Of a stretch of 64,000 nt of DNA, positions 15,351 through 35,032 are shown one piece after another. Both the position numbers and the translations under genes were made by a program. The DNA lies in assembly GCF_053078305.1 (NCBI RefSeq), contig NZ_CP166879.1; one strand, written 5' to 3'. Under the pieces are notes generated by a model that was not told where the DNA came from, ran no database searches, and was given only the letters and a program-made list of their open reading frames with translations. Numbering within the stretch: position 1 is the stretch's first letter; each line of letters starts with the position of its first letter.

Positions 15351-16001
15351 ATGGCAGTTTCAGCAAAGCACGACGAATTTAATCACTGGTGGGCAACAGA
15401 GGGCGACTGGGTTGAAGAGCCTAACTATCGCCGTAATGGTATGAGCGGGGTGCAATGCGTCGAGCGCAACGGCAAAAAGCTATATGTAAAGCGCATGACG
15501 CATCATCTGTTTCATTCCGTACGTTATCCTTTCGGCCGACCAACGATTGTCCGTGAGGTTGCGGTAATTAAAGAACTGGAACGGGCCGGTGTCATCGTGC
15601 CGAAGATCGTTTTTGGTGAAGCGGTGAAAATTGAGGGTGAATGGCGAGCGTTGCTGGTGACTGAAGATATGGCGGGGTTCATCAGCATTGCTGACTGGTA
15701 TGCCCAGCATGCAGTATCGCCTTATTCTGACGAAGTACGGCAAGCCATGTTGAAAGCAGTGGCGCTGGCGTTTAAGAAAATGCATAGCATTAATCGTCAG
15801 CATGGCTGTTGTTATGTTCGCCATATCTATGTGAAAACAGAAGGTAAGGCAGAAGCTGGTTTTCTTGACCTGGAGAAAAGTCGTCGCCGCTTGCGTCGCC
15901 ATAAAGCGATCAATCATGACTTCCGCCAGCTGGAAAAATATCTGGAGCCAATTCCCAAAGCGGACTGGGAGCAGGTAAAAGCGTATTACTACGCCATGTA
16001 A
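15351..16001 (+). CDS. inaA: acid-inducible Kdo/WaaP-family kinase-like protein
   Basis: 216-aa ORF (MAVSAKHDEFNHWWATEGDWVEEPNYRRNGMSGVQCVERNGKKLYVKR...). Confidence 0.9.
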   Translation: MAVSAKHDEFNHWWATEGDWVEEPNYRRNGMSGVQCVERNGKKLYVKRMTHHLFHSVRYPFGRPTIVREVAVIKELERAGVIVPKIVFGEAVKIEGEWRALLVTEDMAGFISIADWYAQHAVSPYSDEVRQAMLKAVALAFKKMHSINRQHGCCYVRHIYVKTEGKAEAGFLDLEKSRRRLRRHKAINHDFRQLEKYLEPIPKADWEQVKAYYYAM

Positions 16002-16005
16002 TCGT

Positions 16006-16046
16006 TGTAGGCCAGATAAGACGCATAAGCGTCGTATCTGGCACTA
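16006..16046. repeat. REP-like palindromic element
   Basis: gtaggccagataagacgc...gcgtcgtatctggc inverted repeat immediately after inaA. Confidence 0.5.
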
Positions 16047-16054
16047 CAACCAAT

Positions 16055-16309
16055 TCACATCTCGATTTCAATATCGCCTTTTGCCCGGCAACAACAGGGC
16101 AAAATTTCCCCCGGCTGAATAAAGGCTAACGGTTCGGCAATCCAGTCCACCTGACCTGCGACCAGTCGGGTGCGACAGGAGCCGCAGTAACCTTCGCGGC
16201 ACTGGTACTCAACCGCCACATTGTGGGATTCCAGCGCCGCCAGAAGGGAAGGGTGTTCATCCTGGCACAGCAGTTGTGTGCCAGTGATGCGCAGGGTAAC
16301 GCGAGCCAT
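16055..16309 (-). CDS. yfaE: 2Fe-2S ferredoxin associated with ribonucleotide reductase
   Basis: 84 aa with CxxxxCxxC...C pattern (CREGYCGSCRTRLVAG...CCC). ATG overlaps the nrdB stop (TGATG). Confidence 0.9.
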   Translation of the reverse strand: MARVTLRITGTQLLCQDEHPSLLAALESHNVAVEYQCREGYCGSCRTRLVAGQVDWIAEPLAFIQPGEILPCCCRAKGDIEIEM

Positions 16310-17439
16310 CAGAGCTGGAAGTTACTCAAATCGTCGGTGTCCACTTCCGAGTCAATCTGCCCGACCAGATAAGAACTGACTTCCACTTCCTGCGGAGCAA
16401 CCTGCACGTTATCAGACACCAGCCAGGTGTTGATCCACGGGATCGGGTTGGAGCGCGTCTGGAACGGCAGATCCAAACCGACTGCCTGCATGCGGATATT
16501 GGTGATGTATTCAACGTACTGGCAGAGAATGTCTTTATTCAGACCAATCATCGAACCGTCACGGAACAGATAATCCGCCCAGTCTTTCTCTTGCTGTGCC
16601 GCCTGGACAAACAGGTCATAGCACTCCTGCTTACATTCTTCGGCAATTTCCGCCATCTCCGGATCATCCGCACCGCTGCGCAGCAGATTCAGCATATGCT
16701 GAGTACCGGTCAGGTGCAGGGCTTCGTCGCGGGCAATCAGGCGAATAATTTTGGCGTTACCTTCCATCAGTTCGCGTTCTGCAAAGGCAAAGGAACAAGC
16801 AAAGCTGACGTAGAAGCGGATCGCTTCCAGCGCGTTAACGCTCATCAGGCAGAGATACAGTTTTTTCTTCAGCTCGCGCAGGCTAACGGTCACGGTTTTA
16901 CCGTTAACAGTGTGGGTGCCTTCGCCCAGCAGGTGCCAGTAGCTGGTCATTTCGATCAGCTCATCGTAGTAGCTGGAGATCCCTTCCGCACGTTTCTGGA
17001 TCTGCTCGTTGGTGACGATATCGTCAAACACAACAGACGGATCGTTAACGATATTACGAATGATATGAGTATAGGAACGGGAATGAATCGTTTCTGAGAA
17101 CGCCCAGGTTTCTACCCAGGTTTCCAGTTCCGGAATAGAAATAAGCGGCAATAGCGCCACGTTCGGGCTACGACCCTGAATGGAGTCCAGCAGCGTCTGA
17201 TATTTCAGGTTGCTGATAAAGATGTGTTTTTCGTGTTCAGGCAGCGCCTGGTAATCGATACGGTCACGAGAAACGTCAACTTCTTCCGGACGCCAGAAGA
17301 AAGAGAGCTGCTTTTCGATCAGCTTTTCGAAGATGTCATATTTTTGCTGATCGTAGCGAGCCACGTTGACCGGCTGACCAAAAAACATCGGTTCTTTGAG
17401 CTGATCATTTTTCGTCTGTGAAAAGGTGGTATATGCCAT
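16309..17439 (-). CDS. nrdB: ribonucleoside-diphosphate reductase 1, beta subunit
   Basis: ORF 16309..17670; start taken at ATG 17439 ([24 protein letters not shown]...). The upstream extension runs through REP elements. Confidence 0.93.
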
Positions 17440-17449
17440 GAGTGTGTCC

Positions 17450-17668
<219 letters not shown>

Positions 17669-17672
17669 AATA

Positions 17673-19958
17673 TCAGATCTTACATGCGCCGCTTTCGCAG
17701 CCATCGTCCTGGATTGACGGCACCAGATCGTCCTGCGCGTCTTCAGCGCCGTCACGGGTGTTCTGATAATACAGCGTTTTGACCCCGAATTTGTAGGCGG
17801 TGAGCAGGTCTTTCAGCAATTGCTGCATCGGCACTTTTCCTGACGGGAAGCGTGACGGATCGTAGTTGGTGTTAGCAGAGATCGACTGATCGATAAATTT
17901 CTGCATGATACCCACCAGTTGCAGGTAGCCATCGTTACCCGGCATTTCCCACAGCAGCTCATAGGCGTCGTGCAGATGCTCGTAGTCCGGCACCACCTGG
18001 CGCAGAATACCGTCTTTCGACGCTTTGATGCTGACGTAACCGCGCGGCGGTTCAATACCGTTAGTGGCGTTAGAGATCTGTGAAGAAGTCTCGGACGGCA
18101 TCAGGGCAGAAAGCGTGGAGTTACGCAGACCGTGCGTTTTGATCGATTCACGCAGTGCTTCCCAGTCGTAATGCAGCGGCTCATTAGCGATGGTATCCAG
18201 ATCTTTCTTATAGGTATCGATCGGCAGGATCCCTTTCGCGTAAGTGGTTTCGTTAAACCACGGGCACGCGCCTTGCTCTTTCGCCAGCTCATTAGACGCT
18301 TTCAGCAGGTAATACTGAATCGCTTCGAAGGTTTTATGCGTCAGGTTGTTGGCGCTGCCGTCGGAGTAGCGTTTACCATGCTTCGCCAGGTAGTAAGCGA
18401 AGTTGATCACACCAATACCCAGCGTACGACGACCCATCGCTCCACGTTTGGCGGCCGGGATCGGGTAATCCTGATAATCCAGCAGCGCGTCAAGTGCACG
18501 AACCGCCAGAATTGCCAGCTCTTCCAGTTCATCCAGGCTATTAATTGCGCCCAGGTTGAAAGCAGACAGCGTACACAGCGCGATTTCACCGTTCTCGTCG
18601 TTGACGTCGTTCAGCGGTTTGGTCGGCAGGGCTATCTCCAGGCACAGGTTAGATTGACGCACTGGCGCGATGGCCGGATCAAACGGGCTATGGGTATTGC
18701 AGTGGTCAACGTTCTGAATATAGATACGACCGGTAGACGCACGTTCCTGCATCATCAGCGAGAACAGCTCAACGGCTTTCACACGCTGCTTGCGGATGCT
18801 GTCGTCTTTCTCATATTTGGTATACAGGCGTTCAAACTCTTCCTGATCGGCGAAGAATGCGTCGTACAGCCCCGGTACGTCGGACGGGCTGAACAGGGTG
18901 ATATCTTCACCTTTCAGCAGGCGGGTATACATCAGTTTGTTGATCTGTACCCCGTAGTCCATATGGCGCACGCGGTTGCCTTCCACACCACGGTTGTTTT
19001 TCAACACCAGTAGGCTTTCCACTTCCAGATGCCACATCGGGTAGAACAGCGTTGCCGCACCGCCGCGCACGCCGCCCTGGGAGCAGGATTTCACCGCAGT
19101 CTGGAAATGTTTGTAGAACGGAATGCAGCCGGTATGGAACGCTTCGCCACCGCGAATCGGGCTACCCAGCGCACGAATACGCCCGGCGTTGATGCCGATC
19201 CCGGCACGCTGGGAAACATATTTCACAATCGCGCTGGAGGTGGCGTTGATGGAATCCAGGCTGTCGCCGCACTCGATCAGTACGCAGGAGCTGAACTGAC
19301 GAGTCGGGGTACGCACGCCGGACATGATTGGCGTCGGCAGCGAAATTTTAAATGTGGAAACCGCGTCGTAAAAACGCTTCACATATTGCAGGCGCGTTTC
19401 ACGCGGGTAGTTCGAGAACAGGCACGCGGCAACCAGAATATAAAGGAACTGGGCGCTTTCGTAGATTTCGCCGGTCACGCGGTTCTGTACCAGATATTTG
19501 CCTTCCAGCTGCTTAACGGCAGCATAAGAGAAGGTCATATCACGGTCGTGATCGATAAACGTGTCCATCTGCTTGAACTCTTCTTCCGTGTAGTCTTCCA
19601 GCAGATGATTATCGTATTTGCCCATCTCGACCATTTTCACCACGTGGTCGTACAGCGCAGGCGGCTCAAACTGGCCGTAGGCTTTTTTACGCAGGTGGAA
19701 GATCGCCAGGCGCGCGGCGAGATACTGATAATCCGGCGCATCACGGGAGATCAGGTCTGCGGCAGCCTTGATAATAGTTTCGTGGATGTCAGAGGTCTTG
19801 ATACCGTCATAAAACTGAATGTGGGAGCGCAGTTCGACCTGGGAAATCGAAACGTTATGCAGTCCTTCTGCCGCCCAATCCAGAACGCGATGGATTTTGT
19901 CGAGATTGATGCGCTCTGTGCTACCGTCGCGCTTTGTCACCAGCAGATTCTGATTCAT
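17673..19958 (-). CDS. nrdA: ribonucleoside-diphosphate reductase 1, alpha subunit
   Basis: 761-aa ORF ([32 protein letters not shown]..., ATP-cone N-terminus). Confidence 0.95.
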
Positions 19959-20653
19959 GTATGTCGTACCTGTTTTTGGAATTCTTTCCGCAATAGTTTC
20001 GTGCAGACTACCTGTAGTACGGGAAGCTGCTTAGAACACTATATATAGGGGGTATGTTTGGGATTCACTGCAAGATAGTGTGAAAATGGCCCTCTTGCAA
20101 GTGCATAACTTTGTGGATAACTCAGGAAGGAAAAAGTGGCTTTCGCGCACCTTAGGTCAGACAAGGTGTCCGGGAAAGTCAATGGGAAGAGAAAAATTTG
20201 TTAAAAATAACTGTTCGGCGATTTCTTGAACGGCAGAATAGGTTGGATAAATTGATATAGATGGTTTATTAATCTTTTTGCTAATGATTGCAAAAATTGA
20301 TCTAAGCACGAGTCATCACATAATCTGATGTATCAGTTGTGGTCAATATATAAGCGAATGTAAGCGATTGTTGATGTCGAAATGGTTGTTTTCTATTCGG
20401 TTATTGTTAAATGCGAAGCCATTTTGTTAATTTACCTTATGTTATAAGAAAATTATTCATTACTTTAATTTAGTTTAAATATAACTGGTATCCCTTAAGG
20501 TTATTAACTTGAATTATGACGCACTGATACTATTCATTAAATAATAACAAAATAGCTATTGCATCGGGTTGGACAATTTACAAAAGAAAGATAACCCATA
20601 TTGTATAATGCGTTTAAATATGCCGTCTTATATAAAATGATGGTCAGATTAAT
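19959..20653. promoter_or_regulatory. divergent nrdAB / yfaL control region, markedly AT-rich over 20200-20650
   Basis: 695-bp non-coding gap. The nrdAB promoter with DnaA/NrdR/Fis inputs is expected here from established knowledge; individual sites are not mapped. Confidence 0.5.
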
Positions 20654-23600
20654 ATGCGGATTATCTTTCTACGCAAGGAGTATTTATCTCTACTCCCGTC
20701 AATGATTGCATCTCTTTTCTCTGCTAACGGTGTCGCGGCGGCCATTGATTCATGCCAGGGATATGATATCAAAGCGAGTTGTCACGCCAGCAGGCAAAGC
20801 CTTTCAGGCATTACGCAGGTCTGGAGTATCGCCGATGGGCAATGGCTGGTTTTTTCGGATATGACCAATAATGCCAGCGGTGGGGCCGTATTTTTGCAAC
20901 AAGGAGCGGAATTTACATTATCACCAGAAAATGAAACTGGAATGACTCTGTTTGCCAATAACACCGTTTCAGGAGAATATAATAACGGCGGGGCAATATT
21001 TGCTAAAGAAAACTCAACGCTGAATCTTACGGATGTTATTTTTTCTGGTAACGTCGCAGGCGGCTATGGTGGCGCAATCTATTCTTCTGGTACTAACGAT
21101 ACCGGTGCCATCGATTTACGTGTCACTAACGCCGTGTTTCGCAATAACATCGCTAATGACGGCAAAGGTGGTGCAATTTATACCATCAATAATGATATCT
21201 ATTTAAGTGATGATGTTTTTAACAATAACCAGGCATATACATCAACAAGTTACAGTGATGGCGATGGCGGCGCAATCGATGTCACAGATAATAATAGCGA
21301 CAGCAAGCATCCTTCAGGTTATACGATAATAAATAACACCGCATTTACAAATAACACTGCCGAAGGTTATGGCGGGGCGATTTATACCAATAGTGTGACG
21401 GCTCCCTATCTTATTGATATTTCAGTTGATGACAGCTACAGCCAGAACGGCGGCGTGTTAGTCGATGAGAACAATAGCGCAGCAGGCTATGGAGATGGTC
21501 CTTCCTCTGCGGCGGGTGGCTTTATGTATCTCGGCTTAAGTGAAGTTACATTTGATATTGCCGACGGAAAAACGCTGGTTATTGGCAATACAGAGAATGA
21601 CGGAGCTGTTGACTCTATTGCTGGTACCGGGGTAATCACCAAAACAGGTTCCGGCGATCTGGTACTTAATGCAGATAACAATGACTTTACTGGTGAGATG
21701 CAGATTGAAAACGGTGAAGTTACCCTGGGCCGCAGCAACTCCCTGATGAATGTCGGCGATACGCATTGCCAGGACGATCCGCAAGACTGCTACGGTCTGA
21801 CGATAGGGAGTATTGATAAGTACCAGAATCAGGCAGAGCTAAATGTTGGCTCCACCCAACAAACCTTTGTGCACTCATTGACGGGCTTTCAGAATGGCAC
21901 TTTAAATATCGATGCTGGTGGCAATGTTACTGTTAATCAAGGCAGTTTTGCTGGCACCATCGAAGGTGCTGGTCAGCTCACCATTGCGCAAAACGGCAGC
22001 TATGTGATGGCGGGGGCGCAGTCGATGGCGCTAACCGGCGATATAGTGGTGGATGCTGGTGCGGTGCTTTCGCTGGAAGGCGACGCGGCAGATCTTGCCG
22101 CTCTCCAGGACGATCCGCAGTCGATCGTGTTAAACGGCGGTGTGCTCGATCTCTCTGATTTCTCCACCTGGCAGAGCGGTACATCATACAAAGATGGCCT
22201 TGAAGTCAGTGGCAGCAGCGGAACGGTTATCGGCAGTCAGGATGTGGTAGATCTTGCAGGCGGAAACGATATGCATATCGGCGGCGACGGGAAAGATGGC
22301 GTCTACGTGGTGATCGATGCGGGTGACGGGCAGGTCAGCCTGGCAAATGACAATCAATACCTCGGCACAACGCAAATCGCTTCCGGTACGCTGATGGTGA
22401 GCGACAACTCGCAGCTTGGAGATACCCATTATAACCGCCAGGTTATCTTTACCGATAAGCAACAAGAAAGCGTGATGGAGATTACTGCCAATGTCGATAC
22501 TCGCTCTACAACGACTGAGCATGGGCGTGATATTGAAATGCGCGCCGACGGTGAAGTGGCAGTTGATGCGGGGGTAGACACGCAGTGGGGCGCACTGATG
22601 GCTGACAGCAGCGGGCAGCATCAGGATGAGGGTAGCACATTGACGAAAACGGGGGCGGGTACGCTGGAGCTGACCGCCAGCGGTACAACGCAGTCGGCAG
22701 TACGTGTCGAAGAAGGCACCCTGAAAGGCGATGTTGCGGATATCTTTCCTTATGCTTCGTCACTGTGGGTCGGTGATGGGGCGACGTTCGTTAGTGGCGC
22801 GGATCAGGATATTCAGTCAATTGATGCTACTTCCAGCGGCACTATCGACATTAGCGATGGTACGGTTTTGCGCCTGACCGGGCAGGATACTTCCGTCGCC
22901 CTTAATGCCTCACTGTTTAACGGCGATGGGACGCTGGTGAATGCCACCGATGGCGTGACGCTGACAGGCGAGCTTAATACCAGCCTTGAAACTGACAGCC
23001 TGACTTATCTTGCCGACGTGACGGTTAATGGCAATCTGACCAATACGTCCGGTGCGGTTAGCCTGCAAAATGGCGTCGCTGGCGATACGCTGACGGTAAA
23101 CGGTGATTACACCGGCGGCGGTACGTTACTGTTCGACAGCGAATTAAACGGCGATGACTCAGCAAGCGACCAGTTGGTGTTGAACGGTAATACTGCTGGC
23201 AACACAACTGTGGTGGTTAACTCCATTACAGGGATTGGCGAGCCGACCCCAACGGGTATTAAAGTGGTTGATTTCGCAGCTGATCCCACGCAGTTTCAAA
23301 ACAATGCGCAGTTCAGTCTGGCAGGCAGCGGCTATGTCAATATGGGAGCGTATGACTACACGCTGGTGGAAGATAACAACGACTGGTATCTGCGATCGCA
23401 AGAAGTAACGCCGCCATCGCCACCTGATCCAGACCCGACTCCCGATCCCACGCCGGATCCTGATCCAACACCCGACCCGGAACCTACGCCTGCTTACCAG
23501 CCGGTGCTGAATGCCAAAGTTGGCGGTTATCTCAATAACCTGCGGGCGGCAAATCAGGCGTTTGTGATGGAGCGACGCGATCACGCAGGTGGCGATGGTC

Positions 23601-24400
23601 AGACGCTGAATTTACGTGTTATCGGTGGAGATTATCATTACACAGCAGCGGGGCAACTGGCTCAGCATGAAGACGCTTCTACGGTGCAGCTTAGCGGCGA
23701 CTTGTTTAGCGGGCGCTGGGGCACGGATGGCGAGTGGATGCTTGGGGCGGTTGGTGGCTACAGTGATAATCAGGGCGACAGCCGCTCTAATATGACCGGA
23801 ACTCGCGCCGATAACCAGAACCACGGTTATGGCGTTGGGTTGACCTCAAGCTGGTTTCAGCACGGTAACCAGAAGCAGGGGGCCTGGCTGGATAGCTGGC
23901 TGCAGTATGCGTGGTTTAACAATGATGTTTCCGAACATGGCGATGGCGCGGATCATTACCACTCGTCGGGGATTATCGCCTCGCTGGAAGCGGGGTATCA
24001 GTGGTTACCGGGGCGTGGTGTGGTGATTGAACCGCAGGCGCAGGTGATTTATCAGGGCGTGCAGCAGGATGATTTTACCGCCGCTAACCGTGCGCGCGTG
24101 TCACAATCGCAGGGTGATGATATTCAGACGCGGCTGGGTTTACACAGCGAATGGCGTACCGCTGTTCATGTCATACCAACATTAGATCTGAATTATTATC
24201 ACGATCCCCATTCGACGGAAATTGAAGAGGATGGCAGCACTATCAGTGACGATGCGGTGAAGCAACGGGGTGAAATAAAAGTGGGAGTCACGGGCAATAT
24301 CAGTCAGCGAGTGTCCCTGCGCGGCAGCGTGGCGTGGCAGAAAGGGAGTGATGATTTTGCCCAGACGGCAGGGTTTTTGTCGATGACGGTGAAATGGTAA
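20654..24400 (+). CDS. yfaL: AIDA-type autotransporter adhesin with Pro/Asp/Thr-rich linker and C-terminal beta-barrel
   Basis: 1248-aa ORF. Gly/Asn/Thr-rich beta-helix passenger; linker PPSPPDPDPTPDPTPDPDPTPDPEPTP at about 23400-23490; C-terminal translocator. Confidence 0.9.
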   Translation: MRIIFLRKEYLSLLPSMIASLFSANGVAAAIDSCQGYDIKASCHASRQSLSGITQVWSIADGQWLVFSDMTNNASGGAVFLQQGAEFTLSPENETGMTLFANNTVSGEYNNGGAIFAKENSTLNLTDVIFSGNVAGGYGGAIYSSGTNDTGAIDLRVTNAVFRNNIANDGKGGAIYTINNDIYLSDDVFNNNQAYTSTSYSDGDGGAIDVTDNNSDSKHPSGYTIINNTAFTNNTAEGYGGAIYTNSVTAPYLIDISVDDSYSQNGGVLVDENNSAAGYGDGPSSAAGGFMYLGLSEVTFDIADGKTLVIGNTENDGAVDSIAGTGVITKTGSGDLVLNADNNDFTGEMQIENGEVTLGRSNSLMNVGDTHCQDDPQDCYGLTIGSIDKYQNQAELNVGSTQQTFVHSLTGFQNGTLNIDAGGNVTVNQGSFAGTIEGAGQLTIAQNGSYVMAGAQSMALTGDIVVDAGAVLSLEGDAADLAALQDDPQSIVLNGGVLDLSDFSTWQSGTSYKDGLEVSGSSGTVIGSQDVVDLAGGNDMHIGGDGKDGVYVVIDAGDGQVSLANDNQYLGTTQIASGTLMVSDNSQLGDTHYNRQVIFTDKQQESVMEITANVDTRSTTTEHGRDIEMRADGEVAVDAGVDTQWGALMADSSGQHQDEGSTLTKTGAGTLELTASGTTQSAVRVEEGTLKGDVADIFPYASSLWVGDGATFVSGADQDIQSIDATSSGTIDISDGTVLRLTGQDTSVALNASLFNGDGTLVNATDGVTLTGELNTSLETDSLTYLADVTVNGNLTNTSGAVSLQNGVAGDTLTVNGDYTGGGTLLFDSELNGDDSASDQLVLNGNTAGNTTVVVNSITGIGEPTPTGIKVVDFAADPTQFQNNAQFSLAGSGYVNMGAYDYTLVEDNNDWYLRSQEVTPPSPPDPDPTPDPTPDPDPTPDPEPTPAYQPVLNAKVGGYLNNLRAANQAFVMERRDHAGGDGQTLNLRVIGGDYHYTAAGQLAQHEDASTVQLSGDLFSGRWGTDGEWMLGAVGGYSDNQGDSRSNMTGTRADNQNHGYGVGLTSSWFQHGNQKQGAWLDSWLQYAWFNNDVSEHGDGADHYHSSGIIASLEAGYQWLPGRGVVIEPQAQVIYQGVQQDDFTAANRARVSQSQGDDIQTRLGLHSEWRTAVHVIPTLDLNYYHDPHSTEIEEDGSTISDDAVKQRGEIKVGVTGNISQRVSLRGSVAWQKGSDDFAQTAGFLSMTVKW

Positions 24401-24404
24401 TCGC

Positions 24405-24535
24405 TGTCTGACCATCACTATTGCCGGATGCGGCGTAAACGCCTTATCTGGCCTACGGAGAGCATTTGTAGGCCTGATAAGACGCGGCAAGCGTCGCATC
24501 AGGCATTGGCGCGGTTGCCGGATGAATCCAAACAA
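24405..24535. repeat. REP elements
   Basis: gccggatgcggcgtaaacgccttatctggcctac... motifs between the convergent yfaL and ubiG. Confidence 0.75.
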
Positions 24536-24540
24536 CAACC

Positions 24541-25263
24541 TCACTTATTCTGCGTGTGCAGCATATAGTTCACATCCACGCCGGGGCCGAGTTTAAAAGT
24601 ATTAGTGATCGGGTTGTAATGTAGCCCGGTTATATGTCGCTCTTTAAGGCTTGTCTGATCTACCCAGCCAAGCAGCTCTGCCGGTTTAATAAACTTCTTC
24701 ACATCATGCGTGCCTTTGGGCACCATGCGCAAAATATATTCCGCGCCAACCACCGCCATCAGCCATGACTTGCCGTTGCGGTTAAGCGTCGAGAAAAAGA
24801 CATCGCCGCCTGGTTTCACCAGTTGCGCACAGGCTCTCACCACTGACTGCGGATCGGGAACGTGCTCCAGCATCTCCATGCAGGTCACCACATCATACTG
24901 CCCGGCATGTTTTGCCGCGTGCTCTTCCACGGTTTCCTGCACGTAATCCACCTGAATGCCGCTTTCCAGCGCGTGCAGTTTTGCCACCTGCAATGGCTCA
25001 AAGCCCATATCCAGACCGGTCACCGTCGCACCTTCGCGCGCCATACTCTCGGCCAGAATGCCGCCGCCACAACCGACATCGAGCACCTTTTTGCCGAATA
25101 AACCGCCAGCACGCTCGGCAATATAGCCCAGACGCAGCGGGTTAATGCGGTGCAGCGGTTTGAACTCACCTTCCAGATCCCACCAGCGGGAGGCGACGGC
25201 TTCAAATTTAGCGATCTCTTCGTGGTCTACGTTATGGTTTACCGGCGATTTTTCGGCATTCAT
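24541..25263 (-). CDS. ubiG: ubiquinone biosynthesis O-methyltransferase
   Basis: ORF 24541..25311; start taken at ATG 25263 ([21 protein letters not shown]...). SAM-binding VLDVGCGGG motif. Confidence 0.93.
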
Positions 25264-25329
25264 TGGCACTTCTACTCCGTAATTGGCAAGACAAACGAGT
25301 ATATCAGGCATTGGATGTGAATAAAGCGT

Positions 25330-25366
25330 ATAGGTTTACCTCAAACTGCGCGGCTGTGTTATAATT
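25330..25366 (+). promoter_or_regulatory. candidate gyrA promoter (-10 TATAAT at 25360-25365)
   Basis: Perfect TATAAT about 45 nt upstream of the gyrA ATG; the -35 element is not clear. Confidence 0.45.
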
Positions 25367-25409
25367 TGCGACCTTTGAATCCGGGATACAGTAGAGGGAT
25401 AGCGGTTAG

Positions 25410-28037
25410 ATGAGCGACCTTGCGAGAGAAATTACACCGGTCAACATTGAGGAAGAGCTGAAGAGCTCATATCTGGATTATGCGATGTCGGTCATTGTTG
25501 GCCGTGCGCTGCCAGATGTCCGAGATGGCCTGAAGCCGGTACACCGTCGCGTACTTTACGCCATGAACGTACTAGGCAATGACTGGAACAAAGCCTATAA
25601 AAAATCTGCCCGTGTCGTTGGTGACGTAATCGGTAAATACCATCCCCATGGTGACTCGGCGGTTTATGACACGATCGTCCGTATGGCGCAGCCATTCTCG
25701 CTGCGTTACATGCTGGTAGACGGTCAGGGTAACTTCGGTTCCATCGACGGCGACTCTGCGGCGGCAATGCGTTATACGGAAATCCGTCTGGCGAAAATTG
25801 CCCATGAACTGATGGCCGATCTCGAAAAAGAGACGGTCGATTTCGTTGATAACTATGACGGCACGGAAAAAATTCCCGACGTCATGCCAACCAAAATTCC
25901 TAACCTGCTGGTGAACGGTTCTTCCGGTATCGCCGTAGGTATGGCAACCAACATCCCGCCGCACAACCTGACGGAAGTCATCAACGGTTGTCTGGCGTAT
26001 ATCGATGATGAAGACATCAGCATTGAAGGGCTGATGGAACACATCCCGGGGCCGGACTTCCCGACGGCGGCAATCATTAACGGTCGTCGCGGTATTGAAG
26101 AAGCTTACCGTACCGGTCGCGGCAAGGTATATATCCGCGCCCGTGCTGAAGTGGAAGTTGACGCCAAAACCGGACGTGAAACCATTATCGTCCACGAAAT
26201 TCCGTATCAGGTAAACAAAGCGCGCCTGATCGAGAAGATTGCGGAACTGGTAAAAGAAAAACGCGTGGAAGGCATCAGCGCGCTGCGTGACGAGTCTGAC
26301 AAAGACGGTATGCGCATCGTGATTGAAGTGAAACGCGATGCGGTCGGTGAAGTTGTGCTCAACAACCTCTACTCCCAGACCCAGTTGCAGGTTTCTTTCG
26401 GTATCAACATGGTGGCATTGCACCATGGTCAGCCGAAGATCATGAACCTGAAAGACATCATCGCGGCGTTTGTTCGTCACCGCCGTGAAGTGGTGACCCG
26501 TCGTACTATTTTCGAACTGCGTAAAGCTCGCGATCGTGCTCATATCCTTGAAGCATTAGCCGTGGCGCTGGCGAACATCGACCCGATCATCGAACTGATC
26601 CGTCATGCGCCGACGCCTGCAGAAGCGAAAACTGCGCTGGTTGCTAATCCGTGGCAGCTGGGCAACGTTGCCGCGATGCTCGAACGTGCGGGCGACGATG
26701 CTGCGCGTCCGGAATGGCTGGAGCCAGAGTTCGGCGTGCGCGATGGTCTGTACTACCTGACCGAACAGCAAGCTCAGGCGATTCTGGATCTGCGTTTGCA
26801 GAAACTGACCGGCCTTGAGCACGAAAAACTGCTCGACGAATACAAAGAGCTGCTGGATCAGATCGCGGAACTGCTGCGTATTCTTGGTAGCGCCGATCGT
26901 CTGATGGAAGTGATCCGTGAAGAGCTGGAGCTGGTTCGTGAACAGTTCGGTGATAAACGCCGCACTGAAATCACCGCCAACAGCGCAGACATCAACCTGG
27001 AAGATCTGATCACTCAGGAAGATGTGGTCGTGACGCTCTCTCACCAGGGCTACGTTAAGTATCAGCCGCTTTCTGAATACGAAGCGCAGCGTCGTGGCGG
27101 GAAAGGTAAATCTGCCGCACGTATTAAAGAAGAAGACTTTATCGACCGACTGCTGGTGGCGAATACCCACGACCATATTCTGTGCTTCTCCAGCCGTGGT
27201 CGCGTCTATTCGATGAAAGTTTACCAGTTGCCGGAAGCCACTCGTGGCGCGCGCGGTCGTCCGATCGTCAACCTGCTGCCGCTGGAGCAGGACGAGCGTA
27301 TTACCGCTATCCTGCCGGTGACCGAGTTTGAAGAAGGCGTGAAAGTCTTCATGGCGACTGCTAACGGTACTGTGAAGAAAACCGTCCTCACCGAATTCAA
27401 CCGTCTGCGTACCGCCGGTAAAGTGGCGATCAAACTGGTTGAAGGCGATGAGCTGATCGGCGTTGACCTGACCAGCGGCGAAGACGAAGTAATGCTGTTC
27501 TCCGCCGAAGGTAAAGTGGTGCGCTTTAAAGAGTCTTCTGTCCGTGCGATGGGCTGCAACACCACCGGTGTTCGCGGTATTCGTTTAGGCGAAGGTGATA
27601 AAGTCGTCTCTTTGATCGTGCCTCGTGGCGATGGCGCAATCCTCACCGCAACGCAGAACGGTTATGGTAAACGTACCGCAGTGGCGGAATACCCGACTAA
27701 GTCGCGTGCGACGAAAGGGGTTATCTCCATCAAGGTTACCGAACGTAACGGTTTAGTTGTTGGCGCGGTGCAGGTAGATGACTGCGACCAGATCATGATG
27801 ATCACCGATGCCGGTACGCTGGTACGTACTCGCGTTTCGGAAATCAGCATCGTGGGCCGTAACACCCAGGGCGTAATCCTCATCCGTACTGCGGAAGATG
27901 AAAACGTGGTGGGTCTGCAACGCGTGGCTGAACCGGTTGACGAGGAAGATCTGGACACCATCGATGGCAGTGCTGCGGAAGGAGACGACGAAATCGCTCC
28001 GGAAGTGGACGTTGACGACGAGCCAGAAGAAGAATAA
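25410..28037 (+). CDS. gyrA: DNA gyrase subunit A
   Basis: 875-aa ORF ([53 protein letters not shown]...), acidic C-terminal tail. Confidence 0.97.
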   Translation: MSDLAREITPVNIEEELKSSYLDYAMSVIVGRALPDVRDGLKPVHRRVLYAMNVLGNDWNKAYKKSARVVGDVIGKYHPHGDSAVYDTIVRMAQPFSLRYMLVDGQGNFGSIDGDSAAAMRYTEIRLAKIAHELMADLEKETVDFVDNYDGTEKIPDVMPTKIPNLLVNGSSGIAVGMATNIPPHNLTEVINGCLAYIDDEDISIEGLMEHIPGPDFPTAAIINGRRGIEEAYRTGRGKVYIRARAEVEVDAKTGRETIIVHEIPYQVNKARLIEKIAELVKEKRVEGISALRDESDKDGMRIVIEVKRDAVGEVVLNNLYSQTQLQVSFGINMVALHHGQPKIMNLKDIIAAFVRHRREVVTRRTIFELRKARDRAHILEALAVALANIDPIIELIRHAPTPAEAKTALVANPWQLGNVAAMLERAGDDAARPEWLEPEFGVRDGLYYLTEQQAQAILDLRLQKLTGLEHEKLLDEYKELLDQIAELLRILGSADRLMEVIREELELVREQFGDKRRTEITANSADINLEDLITQEDVVVTLSHQGYVKYQPLSEYEAQRRGGKGKSAARIKEEDFIDRLLVANTHDHILCFSSRGRVYSMKVYQLPEATRGARGRPIVNLLPLEQDERITAILPVTEFEEGVKVFMATANGTVKKTVLTEFNRLRTAGKVAIKLVEGDELIGVDLTSGEDEVMLFSAEGKVVRFKESSVRAMGCNTTGVRGIRLGEGDKVVSLIVPRGDGAILTATQNGYGKRTAVAEYPTKSRATKGVISIKVTERNGLVVGAVQVDDCDQIMMITDAGTLVRTRVSEISIVGRNTQGVILIRTAEDENVVGLQRVAEPVDEEDLDTIDGSAAEGDDEIAPEVDVDDEPEEE

Positions 28038-28185
28038 TTTTACTTCTTCATGCCAAAAGGGAGCTATCTCCCTTGTTTGAATTGAAAAGTCCAGGCTGCA
28101 AAGTCTGGGCTTTTGTCGTATTAGGGCGCGGTAAAGTTTGGCTGTGTCCGTAAAAAATGGCTGGCTATACACAAGGAATGTGGCA

Positions 28186-35032
<6,847 letters not shown>

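Noticed and set aside
16591-17097. Plus-strand ORF antisense to nrdB
   Set aside because: Within nrdB on the opposite strand.
18132-20048. Long plus-strand ORFs antisense to nrdA (18132..19013, 19029..20048)
   Set aside because: Embedded in nrdA on the opposite strand, with composition unlike real proteins (Val/Arg/Gln-rich).
21487-23824. Multiple minus-strand ORFs inside yfaL
   Set aside because: Antisense frames within the 3.7-kb autotransporter gene.
25572-27176. Antisense ORFs inside gyrA (25572..26543 -, 26556..27176 -)
   Set aside because: Lie entirely within the gyrA coding region on the opposite strand; typical stop-poor antisense frames of a high-GC gene.
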